A stretch of 64,000 nt of DNA from a virus. Positions 6,238 through 14,126 of the stretch are shown here, one piece after another. The position numbers were made by a program, and so were the translations under genes. The stretch's first letter is position 1, and each line of letters begins with the position of its first letter. The notes below the pieces were generated by a model. The model worked only from the letters and a program-made list of their open reading frames with translations, searched no databases and was not told the origin of the DNA. The DNA lies in the IMG/VR virus record IMGVR_UViG_3300010883_000017, positions 9,849 through 73,848 of that record; one strand, written 5' to 3'.

Positions 6238-6834
6238 ATGGCGACCACGGAAACGGCACAAACCCCGGCGCTAGCCACGCCAGTTGAAGTTCGATTTAGA
6301 GCTGCAACAGGTTCGCGCTTTAATAAAGCAGATGCTGAACGAATTGGGCCCGAACTACTGCGGCTGAAGAAGCACCACGGAGTTCTTACCAAGGATCTAC
6401 TTGTACAAAAGGCGCAGAGCGCCCGCTCGATCTTGCATGCTGATTTTAATTGGGATGACGCAACAGCTGCGCATGCCCACCGATTGGAGCAAGCACGTTA
6501 CATACTGCGGTCCATCATGATTGTGTGGGATGAGAGCACACCTGATGGCGGTGTCGAGCAGGTGTCTACGCGCTTGTTCCACAGTGTCCGCGTGAACAGC
6601 GATGATGAGGATGCCCCAACAAACCGCGGTACCCGCAGTCAACGCGTACACGTCACGTTTCGAGATGTGGTTGAGAACCCGGAATACGCTCAACAGGTCA
6701 TCGATTCTATGGAACGAGCAGTAGTGCGGTTGGATGCACGATTTCGGTTTTATTTGGATAAAGTTCCAATGTTTGCCGAAAGGTACCAGGGACTTTTTGA
6801 CGAGATTACCGCCTTGGAAGATAACATAGACTAG
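6238..6834 (+). CDS. hypothetical protein, candidate accessory of the Cas7-like gene
   Basis: AGGAGG RBS; LHADFNWDDATAAHAHRLEQARYILRSI motif. Confidence 0.7.
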   Translation: MATTETAQTPALATPVEVRFRAATGSRFNKADAERIGPELLRLKKHHGVLTKDLLVQKAQSARSILHADFNWDDATAAHAHRLEQARYILRSIMIVWDESTPDGGVEQVSTRLFHSVRVNSDDEDAPTNRGTRSQRVHVTFRDVVENPEYAQQVIDSMERAVVRLDARFRFYLDKVPMFAERYQGLFDEITALEDNID

Positions 6835-6911
6835 TTGTAGACTAGTTATCGGTCGTGGCTACTTGAGGAACTATCGTTGACAGTCCTGCACTGTGCCAGA
6901 CGTTAATCGGC

Positions 6912-6962
6912 CCCGTGAGTGTTATTTTTGTCACTGCGGGTGTCAAATTTGACACTCACGGG
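6912..6962. repeat. imperfect inverted repeat containing the palindrome GTGTCAAATTTGACAC
   Basis: CCCGTGAGTGT ... ACACTCACGGG arms; perfect 16-bp palindrome at 6940-6955. Confidence 0.7.
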
Positions 6963-7277
6963 TACTCGGTGCGTTATTTTCAGTAAAAACTAAGTATTTG
7001 GTCGTACCCAGCTAGCACGTAGATAACATCAATATTCGTTGATACGTGTACTTCTTGTAAATTTCGTCAACAATTATGATTTTGGCTTAAACCATTAGAA
7101 ATAAAGGAGTTACGTGGGGTCTAGAGGCCGACCGCTAGGGAGGCGTCTTTAGACCCACAACACCCCACAGGGTGTTAATAGCATAACTTTTATGCTATTG
7201 CGATTTGACACTTTCGGGCACTTCGCCTGATTTTGCGGGCACTTCGCCCGAAAAGCACTGCAAGGAGGGTTCCCACA

Positions 7278-7628
7278 GTGACACGAGAGACGCAGATTCT
7301 TCGATTAACCGCAGATGAGGTGGCGAGATTAGAGCGCCTATGTACGGCGCCGGACCCTGATGTTGAAAATAACGCAGTTGTTTTCGATCGCAGTGTTTCG
7401 TTTAGTTCCAATTGTGTGGGTTACGTTCAGGTGATTTCTAGCGCTCATCCGGGTAAAAAGCCGTGTTGGACGCAGGCCGTGCTTTTTCAGCAGGGGGTAT
7501 CGGATGAGCTCCTGGAGCTCGTTTGCACGCCGCCGGGCGATACAGTTCTAGGCGAATACAATATGCATCTTGGTGATAGGGAGTACACGATTGACGTAGT
7601 TCTAGACAAGAACGAGGAGTTTGTTTAA
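7278..7628 (+). CDS. hypothetical protein
   Basis: AGGAGG RBS before GTG. Confidence 0.6.
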   Translation: MTRETQILRLTADEVARLERLCTAPDPDVENNAVVFDRSVSFSSNCVGYVQVISSAHPGKKPCWTQAVLFQQGVSDELLELVCTPPGDTVLGEYNMHLGDREYTIDVVLDKNEEFV

Positions 7629-8431
7629 TGGCAACACTGTTATTGGGCCCCCGCGTCCCAAACGTGGCGGCCACGTGGCGTAGCGGTATGAGGGAAGTTT
7701 TGCCCCTTCCTTGCTCAAATTTTCGTGAGTCTGCGCGTGCGCTAGCTCAGGATGATCTTCTTCGCGCGTGTTACCTTATTGAGAAAGTGTGGGAGTTCGA
7801 CGAGATATACCGGGGTGACTACTGGCCACCCAGGTCGGAGCGTGTGGATATTCCGGAAGCTATTTTTGCAGCCACAGCAGTCGACCGGTATCCGGCGAAC
7901 ATATCGCTTATTTGTTGGTGGTCTTTGTGGCGAGATTTTCCAGTCGCGCTTGCCCTATACGAACACGAGCTGCTGATGACGGTAAAAGCCCACAACCAGC
8001 CCGGCCAGACGGGTATTCAAGGCAGGTACTTTCGAGATCTATCAACAGCCGTTTATCGGTGCGGTAGGCGTCTTCGCGAAGCTGACGTACCTCCTGCGTC
8101 TAAATTAGCGCGAAAGATTATAAAGGAGGTTGAATGGCTGGGGGACGAGCGGCTTCACTCGTGTCACCGGAGCTACCTTACGCATTCTAATCGTAAGTGG
8201 TATGGCCAGTACGGCTGGCGAGATCCTAATATCAAGCTGCGGGTTGACCAAACGGTTAAACGGACGACCTTGTTTGATCACGTCGGTGTGGCAATGTGCC
8301 AGACCGACTACGGGCTGCCGATGTTTGCGTATGAGTTTTGGTTTCCGGATAGCGTTGTTGAATTTGCTGAATGCGTTCGGTACGAGCATCCGGGTTTGCT
8401 GCGCGCAGGCGGACTAGCGGTGCCCGTCTAA
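7628..8431 (+). CDS. MSMEG_6728/pyrimidine-dimer glycosylase-like protein, divergent
   Basis: LP..NFRESARAL N-terminus and WLGDERLHSCHRSYL motif; the KQxVE segment is not conserved. Confidence 0.5.
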   Translation: MATLLLGPRVPNVAATWRSGMREVLPLPCSNFRESARALAQDDLLRACYLIEKVWEFDEIYRGDYWPPRSERVDIPEAIFAATAVDRYPANISLICWWSLWRDFPVALALYEHELLMTVKAHNQPGQTGIQGRYFRDLSTAVYRCGRRLREADVPPASKLARKIIKEVEWLGDERLHSCHRSYLTHSNRKWYGQYGWRDPNIKLRVDQTVKRTTLFDHVGVAMCQTDYGLPMFAYEFWFPDSVVEFAECVRYEHPGLLRAGGLAVPV

Positions 8432-8676
8432 TGGCTTGGAAACCTACCAAATTTGATATCATATGGTCAGAAAATCTGATCAGAGTTATGAAGCAGGACG
8501 GTATCTGGTCGACTAAAGATGGCAGGTCTACTTACAAATTCGACCATAAGAATAAGACTCTTGTTACAGTGCTGAACCATAACCCGGAGTTACACGAACG
8601 AATCCGGATCATATTTTCAAAGCTAGGCTGGTCTGTGGATGACAGTGCCCCGACGCTTGACCCGGAGAGAAATTAA
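8431..8676 (+). CDS. hypothetical protein
   Basis: TAATG coupling on both sides. Confidence 0.6.
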   Translation: MAWKPTKFDIIWSENLIRVMKQDGIWSTKDGRSTYKFDHKNKTLVTVLNHNPELHERIRIIFSKLGWSVDDSAPTLDPERN

Positions 8677-8933
8677 TGGCAAAAAAGCGGCAACGAAAGA
8701 AGAAGATACATGTGAATATGCATATTATTAGGAAGAATACTAAGGAGGGCACGGCGGAACCGCCGATTACCGTTAAATGTGGTAGGGAAAACCACTACTG
8801 TAGCGAAGCCGAGATTCTTGGTATTTCCAAGTTGGTATACTCTCCGCATAGTCCGCTACTGAGTTGCGGGGCGCGGCTGGTTTTGGAAACCAAGGCATCT
8901 GTTGTTATGGATAACACAAAGGTTGTTGAGTGA
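8676..8933 (+). CDS. conserved hypothetical phage protein
   Basis: IHVN..IRKN..PPITVK..LSCGAR pattern. Confidence 0.65.
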   Translation: MAKKRQRKKKIHVNMHIIRKNTKEGTAEPPITVKCGRENHYCSEAEILGISKLVYSPHSPLLSCGARLVLETKASVVMDNTKVVE

Positions 8934-9298
8934 ATAGAAATGACGATATTCCGGGCGCCAACTACGTAGAGAAGGGTTGGGGCCACGAGAAGTGGATTGT
9001 GAATACCCCTGAGTATTGCGGGAAGATTCTTCATGTGAAAAAGGGGAAGCGTTGTTCATGGCACTATCACCGGCTTAAAGACGAGACGTTTTATGTCCAG
9101 TCTGGGCGCGTGATGGTGTTCATCGGTGAGGGCAACAACGAGGAACAGGCTGAGATGCTCGTACTAGAGCCCAGCGACTCGTTGCATATCCCGCCAGACA
9201 CGCGGCACTTCTTCTTCGCACTCAGCGATGTGGACATCTTTGAATTCAGCACGCATCATGAGGACAACGATTCGATTCGCATTACTAAAGGAGATTGA
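8930..9298 (+). CDS. cupin (mannose-6-phosphate isomerase-like)
   Basis: VEKGWGHE, SWHYHRLKDETFYV, HIPP..RH. Confidence 0.8.
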   Translation: MNRNDDIPGANYVEKGWGHEKWIVNTPEYCGKILHVKKGKRCSWHYHRLKDETFYVQSGRVMVFIGEGNNEEQAEMLVLEPSDSLHIPPDTRHFFFALSDVDIFEFSTHHEDNDSIRITKGD

Positions 9299-9301
9299 GC
9301 T

Positions 9302-9676
9302 GTGGTTAACCGCGAGCCCACTATTTACGTAGCAGGGCCTATGCGCGGCCATGCGGACTTCAATCATCCAGCTTTTGATCGCCAGTCTAAGGTGTTGCAT
9401 AGCCAGGGCTGGGTAGTGATCAACCCTGCTGATATGGATAGGAGCGTCCCCGGGGCTTTCGCCGTGGGCCTGGATGATCCCGAGTTCTTACGGGACGCGT
9501 TACGCCGTGACATCATAGAGATCTGTAACAAGTGCACGGCAATCTACATGATGAGTGGCTGGGAAAGCAGCAGGGGCGCCAAGGCCGAGTGGGCGATTGC
9601 CAAAGCCCTGGGCCTGGATATTTACTACGAGGCACCACTACCACGAGTGAGAACTGAAGTTGGTCCCAAGCAGTAA
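9302..9676 (+). CDS. DUF4406 / nucleoside 2-deoxyribosyltransferase-like protein
   Basis: IYVAGPMRG..FN, INPA, GWESSRGAKAE. Confidence 0.8.
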   Translation: MVNREPTIYVAGPMRGHADFNHPAFDRQSKVLHSQGWVVINPADMDRSVPGAFAVGLDDPEFLRDALRRDIIEICNKCTAIYMMSGWESSRGAKAEWAIAKALGLDIYYEAPLPRVRTEVGPKQ

Positions 9677-9688
9677 AGGAGTACTGCG

Positions 9689-9901
9689 ATGGCGAAGAAG
9701 AAGAAGAGGAAAGCGCAGGTTGAGACGCGGACGCATTACGCTACGCGTGCACTTTCAGATAATAAAGAGCGAGTTTGTTTACGGTGTAGCAGACTTTTTA
9801 AATCTCTGGGACCGGGTAATCGGGTGTGCCAAGCGTGCACAACTGCTAATAAGACTGTGCAGATAACACAACGTTATACGCATATGCATGAAGAGGAGTA
9901 A
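9689..9901 (+). CDS. small Zn-ribbon protein
   Basis: CLRC..F.S.G.GNR.C..C; paralogue at 19139. Confidence 0.6.
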   Translation: MAKKKKRKAQVETRTHYATRALSDNKERVCLRCSRLFKSLGPGNRVCQACTTANKTVQITQRYTHMHEEE

Positions 9902-9905
9902 GACA

Positions 9906-10088
9906 ATGCGATGGGCGGAAGACGACGAGCGCGTGCGTGATGAGGTTGAGTCCACTGTTGATGAGCTTATCGACGCCGGATTTGCTGAATCGTTTCTTGG
10001 TGAAGATGGGGACGTCAGGTTCCGACTTACTCCTGCGGGAAGAGAGCAGGCTAGGGATATTATAGGGAAAACGGAGGAAGATGAGTGA
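9906..10088 (+). CDS. hypothetical protein (winged-helix-like)
   Basis: GAGGAG RBS; L...G......FRLTPAGR. Confidence 0.5.
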   Translation: MRWAEDDERVRDEVESTVDELIDAGFAESFLGEDGDVRFRLTPAGREQARDIIGKTEEDE

Positions 10089-10858
10089 TTAATTGGTCAG
10101 ACTGGGTGGCGCGGGAGTATAACGTGTATCCCATGGTCACTGGCCAGAAGACGCGTTGGATCGAAGCTCCCAGCGAGGAACTTAAAGAGATACAGCGTTT
10201 GCTGCTGGATACCTTGTTATACAAGCTTGAACCGACAGAGTATGCGCATGGGTTTGTACCCGGCCGCTCGATCGTTACTAACGCCAGCTGTCATGTTGGC
10301 AAGAAGTGGGTACTTACAGCGGATATCAAGAACTTCTTTCCCTCGGTGACGAAAGCCCAGGTTATTGATGTGCTTGCGCCGTTGGAGCTCGCGCCGGAGC
10401 GCCAGGCTATCATCGTGGAGCTAGCGACTCTGCGCGGGCATCTACCGCAAGGAGCCCCGACCAGCCCGCATTTGGCTAACCTGGTTGCAGGGTGGTTGGA
10501 CATTAGATTGGCAGCAATGTGTCGCCGTGACGTTATTACGTATACGCGATACGCTGATGATTTAGCTTTTTCTGGTTATGAGGGTAGCCCACATTGGATG
10601 CTATCCGTTATTGAGCGCACAGTTGCTGAATGCGGCTTTCAGCTGGCTCGTGATAAAACTCATATCATGACTGCTAACCAGCGACAGATGGTTACTGGGT
10701 TAGTTGTTAATGAAAAGGTAGCGCTACCTAAAGGTAAGCGGCGTATACTACGTGCTATGTTGCACAGGTTGCATTGCAGCGAGGTCGTTGACCTGGAGCA
10801 GCTTAAGAAAGTACAGGGCCATGTGGCAATGGCGAGATTGGTTGAAACAGGGGGATGA
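10085..10858 (+). CDS. retron-type reverse transcriptase
   Basis: AHGF, NASCH (NAxxH), DIKNFFPS, LPQGAPTSP, YTRYADD, VTGLVVN. Confidence 0.9.
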   Translation: MINWSDWVAREYNVYPMVTGQKTRWIEAPSEELKEIQRLLLDTLLYKLEPTEYAHGFVPGRSIVTNASCHVGKKWVLTADIKNFFPSVTKAQVIDVLAPLELAPERQAIIVELATLRGHLPQGAPTSPHLANLVAGWLDIRLAAMCRRDVITYTRYADDLAFSGYEGSPHWMLSVIERTVAECGFQLARDKTHIMTANQRQMVTGLVVNEKVALPKGKRRILRAMLHRLHCSEVVDLEQLKKVQGHVAMARLVETGG

Positions 10859-10861
10859 GTA

Positions 10862-11224
10862 ATGGCTAAAGTAAACAAGCTGAAGGGAATGAAGCTGTAT
10901 AACTATTTGTGCACGATCGATCGCGTAATTGATGGCGATACCGTGGACGTGATTGTTGACATGGGCTTTTACTTGAAGCAGACGGTTCGTATTCGTTTAT
11001 TGAATGTGAACACTCCTGAGCGAGGCGAAGATGAGTGGAGCATTGCTACGGAGGCGCTTAAGGATTTGATTAAACAAGGGGAAAAAGTTGATAAGAATTT
11101 TTGGCTTAGTACCCACAAAACCGGTAAATTTGGTAGATGGTTGGGGATGTTGGTTTCTTATGATAAAGAGATCGCTATTAACCTAACCATGGCTGACCGC
11201 TGGCCCTCGAAGTGGGGAGAGTGA
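10862..11224 (+). CDS. thermonuclease (SNase-like)
   Basis: RVIDGDTV, RIRLLNVNTPE, GKFGRWLG. Confidence 0.85.
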   Translation: MAKVNKLKGMKLYNYLCTIDRVIDGDTVDVIVDMGFYLKQTVRIRLLNVNTPERGEDEWSIATEALKDLIKQGEKVDKNFWLSTHKTGKFGRWLGMLVSYDKEIAINLTMADRWPSKWGE

Positions 11225-11382
11225 GGAGTACACGTGATGTGTGATCAGGAAGAGCACAATCAGAAAGATGATGCGCAAAGCAGTTGTTCTGCTGATACCG
11301 GCTGGCAAATACAGGAAGAAGTAATTAGATGGATGACAGAGGGGACAGATCCTCACATGTCACCAAGATCGGATTGTGGATA

Positions 11383-11955
11383 GTGATTGACCTTGTGCTT
11401 ATAGATATGGATGGAGTGCTGGCGGACTTCGCACGGCACGCGCTAGCCAAGTTTGATCGGCTGGACGTTTATGACAACTGGCCTGCGGGCAAGTACGAAA
11501 TTGACGAGATCGTAGGGATTCCGCAGGATGAGTTCTGGGCAGAGCTCGATAAAGAAGGGCCGGAATTCTGGTCTAGTTTGCCGGTGTTGCCGTGGGCCGC
11601 TGAGTTATGCTCACTGGCGCGTGAGAAGGTTGGTAATTTCCACATCTCTACGTCGCCAAGTCGGGCTCCCGCATCCAGCATGGGCAAGGTACACTGGTTG
11701 CAGCAGTTCTTTGATCCGCGCTTTCGTCGGTACATGTTGGGCAGCCACAAGCATTTGATGGCGAAGCCTGGCGTGGTTTTGATTGACGACAGCGATGCAA
11801 AGTGTGAAAAGTTCATTGAGGCAGGCGGTGGCGCTATTTTGTTTCCGCAGCCGTGGAACAGTAACTACGATCAAATCGATGCCCGGAAACCGTACGGTAG
11901 CCGCCTGGCTTTCGTAGAAAACCAGCTCGACGAGATCAGTAATCGAGGGCACTGA
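11383..11955 (+). CDS. 5'(3')-deoxyribonucleotidase (HAD, NT5C-like)
   Basis: DMDGVLADF motif I, VLIDD motif IV, PWN. Confidence 0.8.
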   Translation: MIDLVLIDMDGVLADFARHALAKFDRLDVYDNWPAGKYEIDEIVGIPQDEFWAELDKEGPEFWSSLPVLPWAAELCSLAREKVGNFHISTSPSRAPASSMGKVHWLQQFFDPRFRRYMLGSHKHLMAKPGVVLIDDSDAKCEKFIEAGGGAILFPQPWNSNYDQIDARKPYGSRLAFVENQLDEISNRGH

Positions 11956-11957
11956 CT

Positions 11958-12890
11958 ATGCGTAAGGGCATTATCTTGGCAGGTGGTCGTGGCACACGGT
12001 TGTTTCCCGCAACGATTGCGGTAAGCAAGCAACTGCTGCCCATCTACGATAAGCCCATGGTTTACTACCCGCTTACGACGCTCATGCTTAGCGGCATTAA
12101 AGACGTGCTCATTATTACGACACCTCGTGATCGGGATTCGTATTGGAGTGTGTTGTCAGATGGCGCCGACTGGGGCATCAATATTGAGTACCGGATACAG
12201 GATGCACCGCGCGGTATTGCTGAGGCGTTCATAATCGCTGAAGAGTGGTTGGATGGTGCGTCGTGTAGCTTGATCCTGGGAGACAATATTTTCTACGGAG
12301 ATAAGCTGGCAGATAGATTGCGCACGGTTAGCGAATTGCAGGGGAGCACTATATTTGCGTACAGGGTTCCCGACCCACGTGAATACGGAGTAGTTGAGTG
12401 CGACGAAGCCGGTACGGTAATCTCTATTGAGGAGAAACCAACGGAGCCTAAATCTAATTACGCTGTAACAGGGTTGTATTTTTACGGGCCGGACGTTGTT
12501 GATGTTGCAAAAAGTGTAGCGGCGTCGAAGCGCGGAGAATTAGAAATTACGGATGTGAATCGCGTCTATATGGAGCGCGGGGAGCTTAACGTAGTTAACC
12601 TGGGACGGGGCACCGCCTGGTTTGATACCGGCGCACACGATGCGATGCTTACTGCATCTACGTTTGTTCAACTAATGCAGCAGCAACAAGGAACTTTGAT
12701 TGGATGCCCGGAAGAAGTTGCGTGGAGGATGGGTTGGATCACGGATGAAGCGCTGCTTAAATTATCTCGGGTGTATAGCGCGAGTGGTTACGGTGCTTAT
12801 TTAGCAGCATTATTGGAAGATGAAGCAGGGCCGTCCTCGGGGCCGTTAGCGGATCTTGTTGTTGGGTCGGCACGAGGCCGTGCGTCGTGA
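11958..12890 (+). CDS. rmlA: glucose-1-phosphate thymidylyltransferase
   Basis: GIILAGGRGTRL, SKQLLPIYDKPM, EKP..PKSNYAVTGLYFY, RGELEITD. Confidence 0.95.
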   Translation: MRKGIILAGGRGTRLFPATIAVSKQLLPIYDKPMVYYPLTTLMLSGIKDVLIITTPRDRDSYWSVLSDGADWGINIEYRIQDAPRGIAEAFIIAEEWLDGASCSLILGDNIFYGDKLADRLRTVSELQGSTIFAYRVPDPREYGVVECDEAGTVISIEEKPTEPKSNYAVTGLYFYGPDVVDVAKSVAASKRGELEITDVNRVYMERGELNVVNLGRGTAWFDTGAHDAMLTASTFVQLMQQQQGTLIGCPEEVAWRMGWITDEALLKLSRVYSASGYGAYLAALLEDEAGPSSGPLADLVVGSARGRAS

Positions 12891-13062
12891 GTGCGGTGGG
12901 TGTCCTCCTACTTGCTGTGGTCCCCGGATCACGGTAAGTGACCGAGTACCTCCTTTCCTCGGATAAACTAGGTACGGTCACCGTCCTAGTTTTCGCGTTA
13001 TAATGCCAGGCGCGTCCCTAACCACGACGGCATTTATTTTAAACTCCAGGGAGGGGGATTCG

Positions 13063-13224
13063 ATGGGCGTTATCGCGCTAGTATTCGGGATTCTGCTGTA
13101 TCTCGTTGTAGCTTACGATTTTTATAGCAAAAAGAATTACTCGTTAATGATAGTATTTATTTGCTATGCGTTAGCGAACATTGGATTTATCATGGCTGCA
13201 CTTAAGAGCGGAAAGGATTTATGA
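13063..13224 (+). CDS. small membrane protein
   Basis: Two hydrophobic segments; GGAGG RBS. Confidence 0.55.
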   Translation: MGVIALVFGILLYLVVAYDFYSKKNYSLMIVFICYALANIGFIMAALKSGKDL

Positions 13225-13496
13225 TGAGATATTTTAAAGGTCGAGGAGCAAAAGATACAAAGATTCTTAATGCGTATCTTGATATACGTCATAAAATGAA
13301 AGAAGCGGAGAAGTTGCTGGTTGAGCTGATCGAGCACCCTGGGTTCGATGATGCACTGGCAGCTGGGCCGGGGTTTAAAGCAGTACGCGAAGCGGCGCAG
13401 GACCGCCGGGCTAAGGTAGCTAAACTAGAGCTTGTGTTAGCTAAGCTCGGGTTATCGGACATGGGGTTTAAGTATGTCGACGGAGATAAAAAATGA
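13221..13496 (+). CDS. hypothetical protein
   Basis: ATGA overlap with upstream gene. Confidence 0.55.
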   Translation: MMRYFKGRGAKDTKILNAYLDIRHKMKEAEKLLVELIEHPGFDDALAAGPGFKAVREAAQDRRAKVAKLELVLAKLGLSDMGFKYVDGDKK

Positions 13497-14115
13497 CGAA
13501 TTTTTCTGCACACAATGTGCTGGGTGCTGCCACAAGAAGAACCTAAGGCAGTATAATCTTGAGCATTGGAACATTACGATCGGCGAGGATGGCTATTGTT
13601 CCCACCTTAAGGACAAAGTGTGCACGATCTATGAAGATCGTCCTCTGATCTGTCGTGTCGGTGAGTTGTACGATAGGGTCGACGAGATTAGAGATATTGA
13701 ACCGCAGCTGGTCGCCCTTATTGATAAGGTGAAGAGCATGGTTCCTGATAACCCTAAGTTGGAGTACTTTAAGGTTGCTAATATGGGGTGCAACTACCTG
13801 ATTAAAAGGTTGCACCTTGGATCTGCGTATTTTATTAATGTAGATAAAGTTTACACGGAGGTTGATAAGAAGCCCGCGATGATCGATAAACCAAAGCGCG
13901 AGACAAAAAAAGAGGACCGTATCGATAAGAAAAAGAGTAAGCGGGATTATAGGATTGAGAAGATAAAGGCTGTTACGGCTAAGGCGCTTGCAGTTGCAAA
14001 GAAACGTAAGTGGCTCGTTTTTCTCATTGGTATTGGGATTGCTGCTTACTTCGTTATGTCTAGCGGTAATTTCAGCGGTGTGCTTGAAACGATAAAAGGC
14101 TTATTCGGGAGCTAA
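13474..14115 (+). CDS. YkgJ-like (CxxCxxCC) protein with C-terminal TM segment
   Basis: CTQCAGCC, C..L....CTIYEDRPLICR; hydrophobic C-terminus. Confidence 0.75.
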   Translation: MSTEIKNDEFFCTQCAGCCHKKNLRQYNLEHWNITIGEDGYCSHLKDKVCTIYEDRPLICRVGELYDRVDEIRDIEPQLVALIDKVKSMVPDNPKLEYFKVANMGCNYLIKRLHLGSAYFINVDKVYTEVDKKPAMIDKPKRETKKEDRIDKKKSKRDYRIEKIKAVTAKALAVAKKRKWLVFLIGIGIAAYFVMSSGNFSGVLETIKGLFGS

Positions 14116-14126
14116 CTTGATGACTT

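Noticed and set aside
6828-6911. Possible extra guide unit after the 6238 gene
   Set aside because: AGY-like pentamers need four or more register slips, there is no GATCYAAG linker and no decodable motif
10085-10858. Diversity-generating retroelement or group II intron
   Set aside because: RT has retron NAxxH/VTG motifs and PQG rather than DGR features; no TR/VR pair or maturase domain seen
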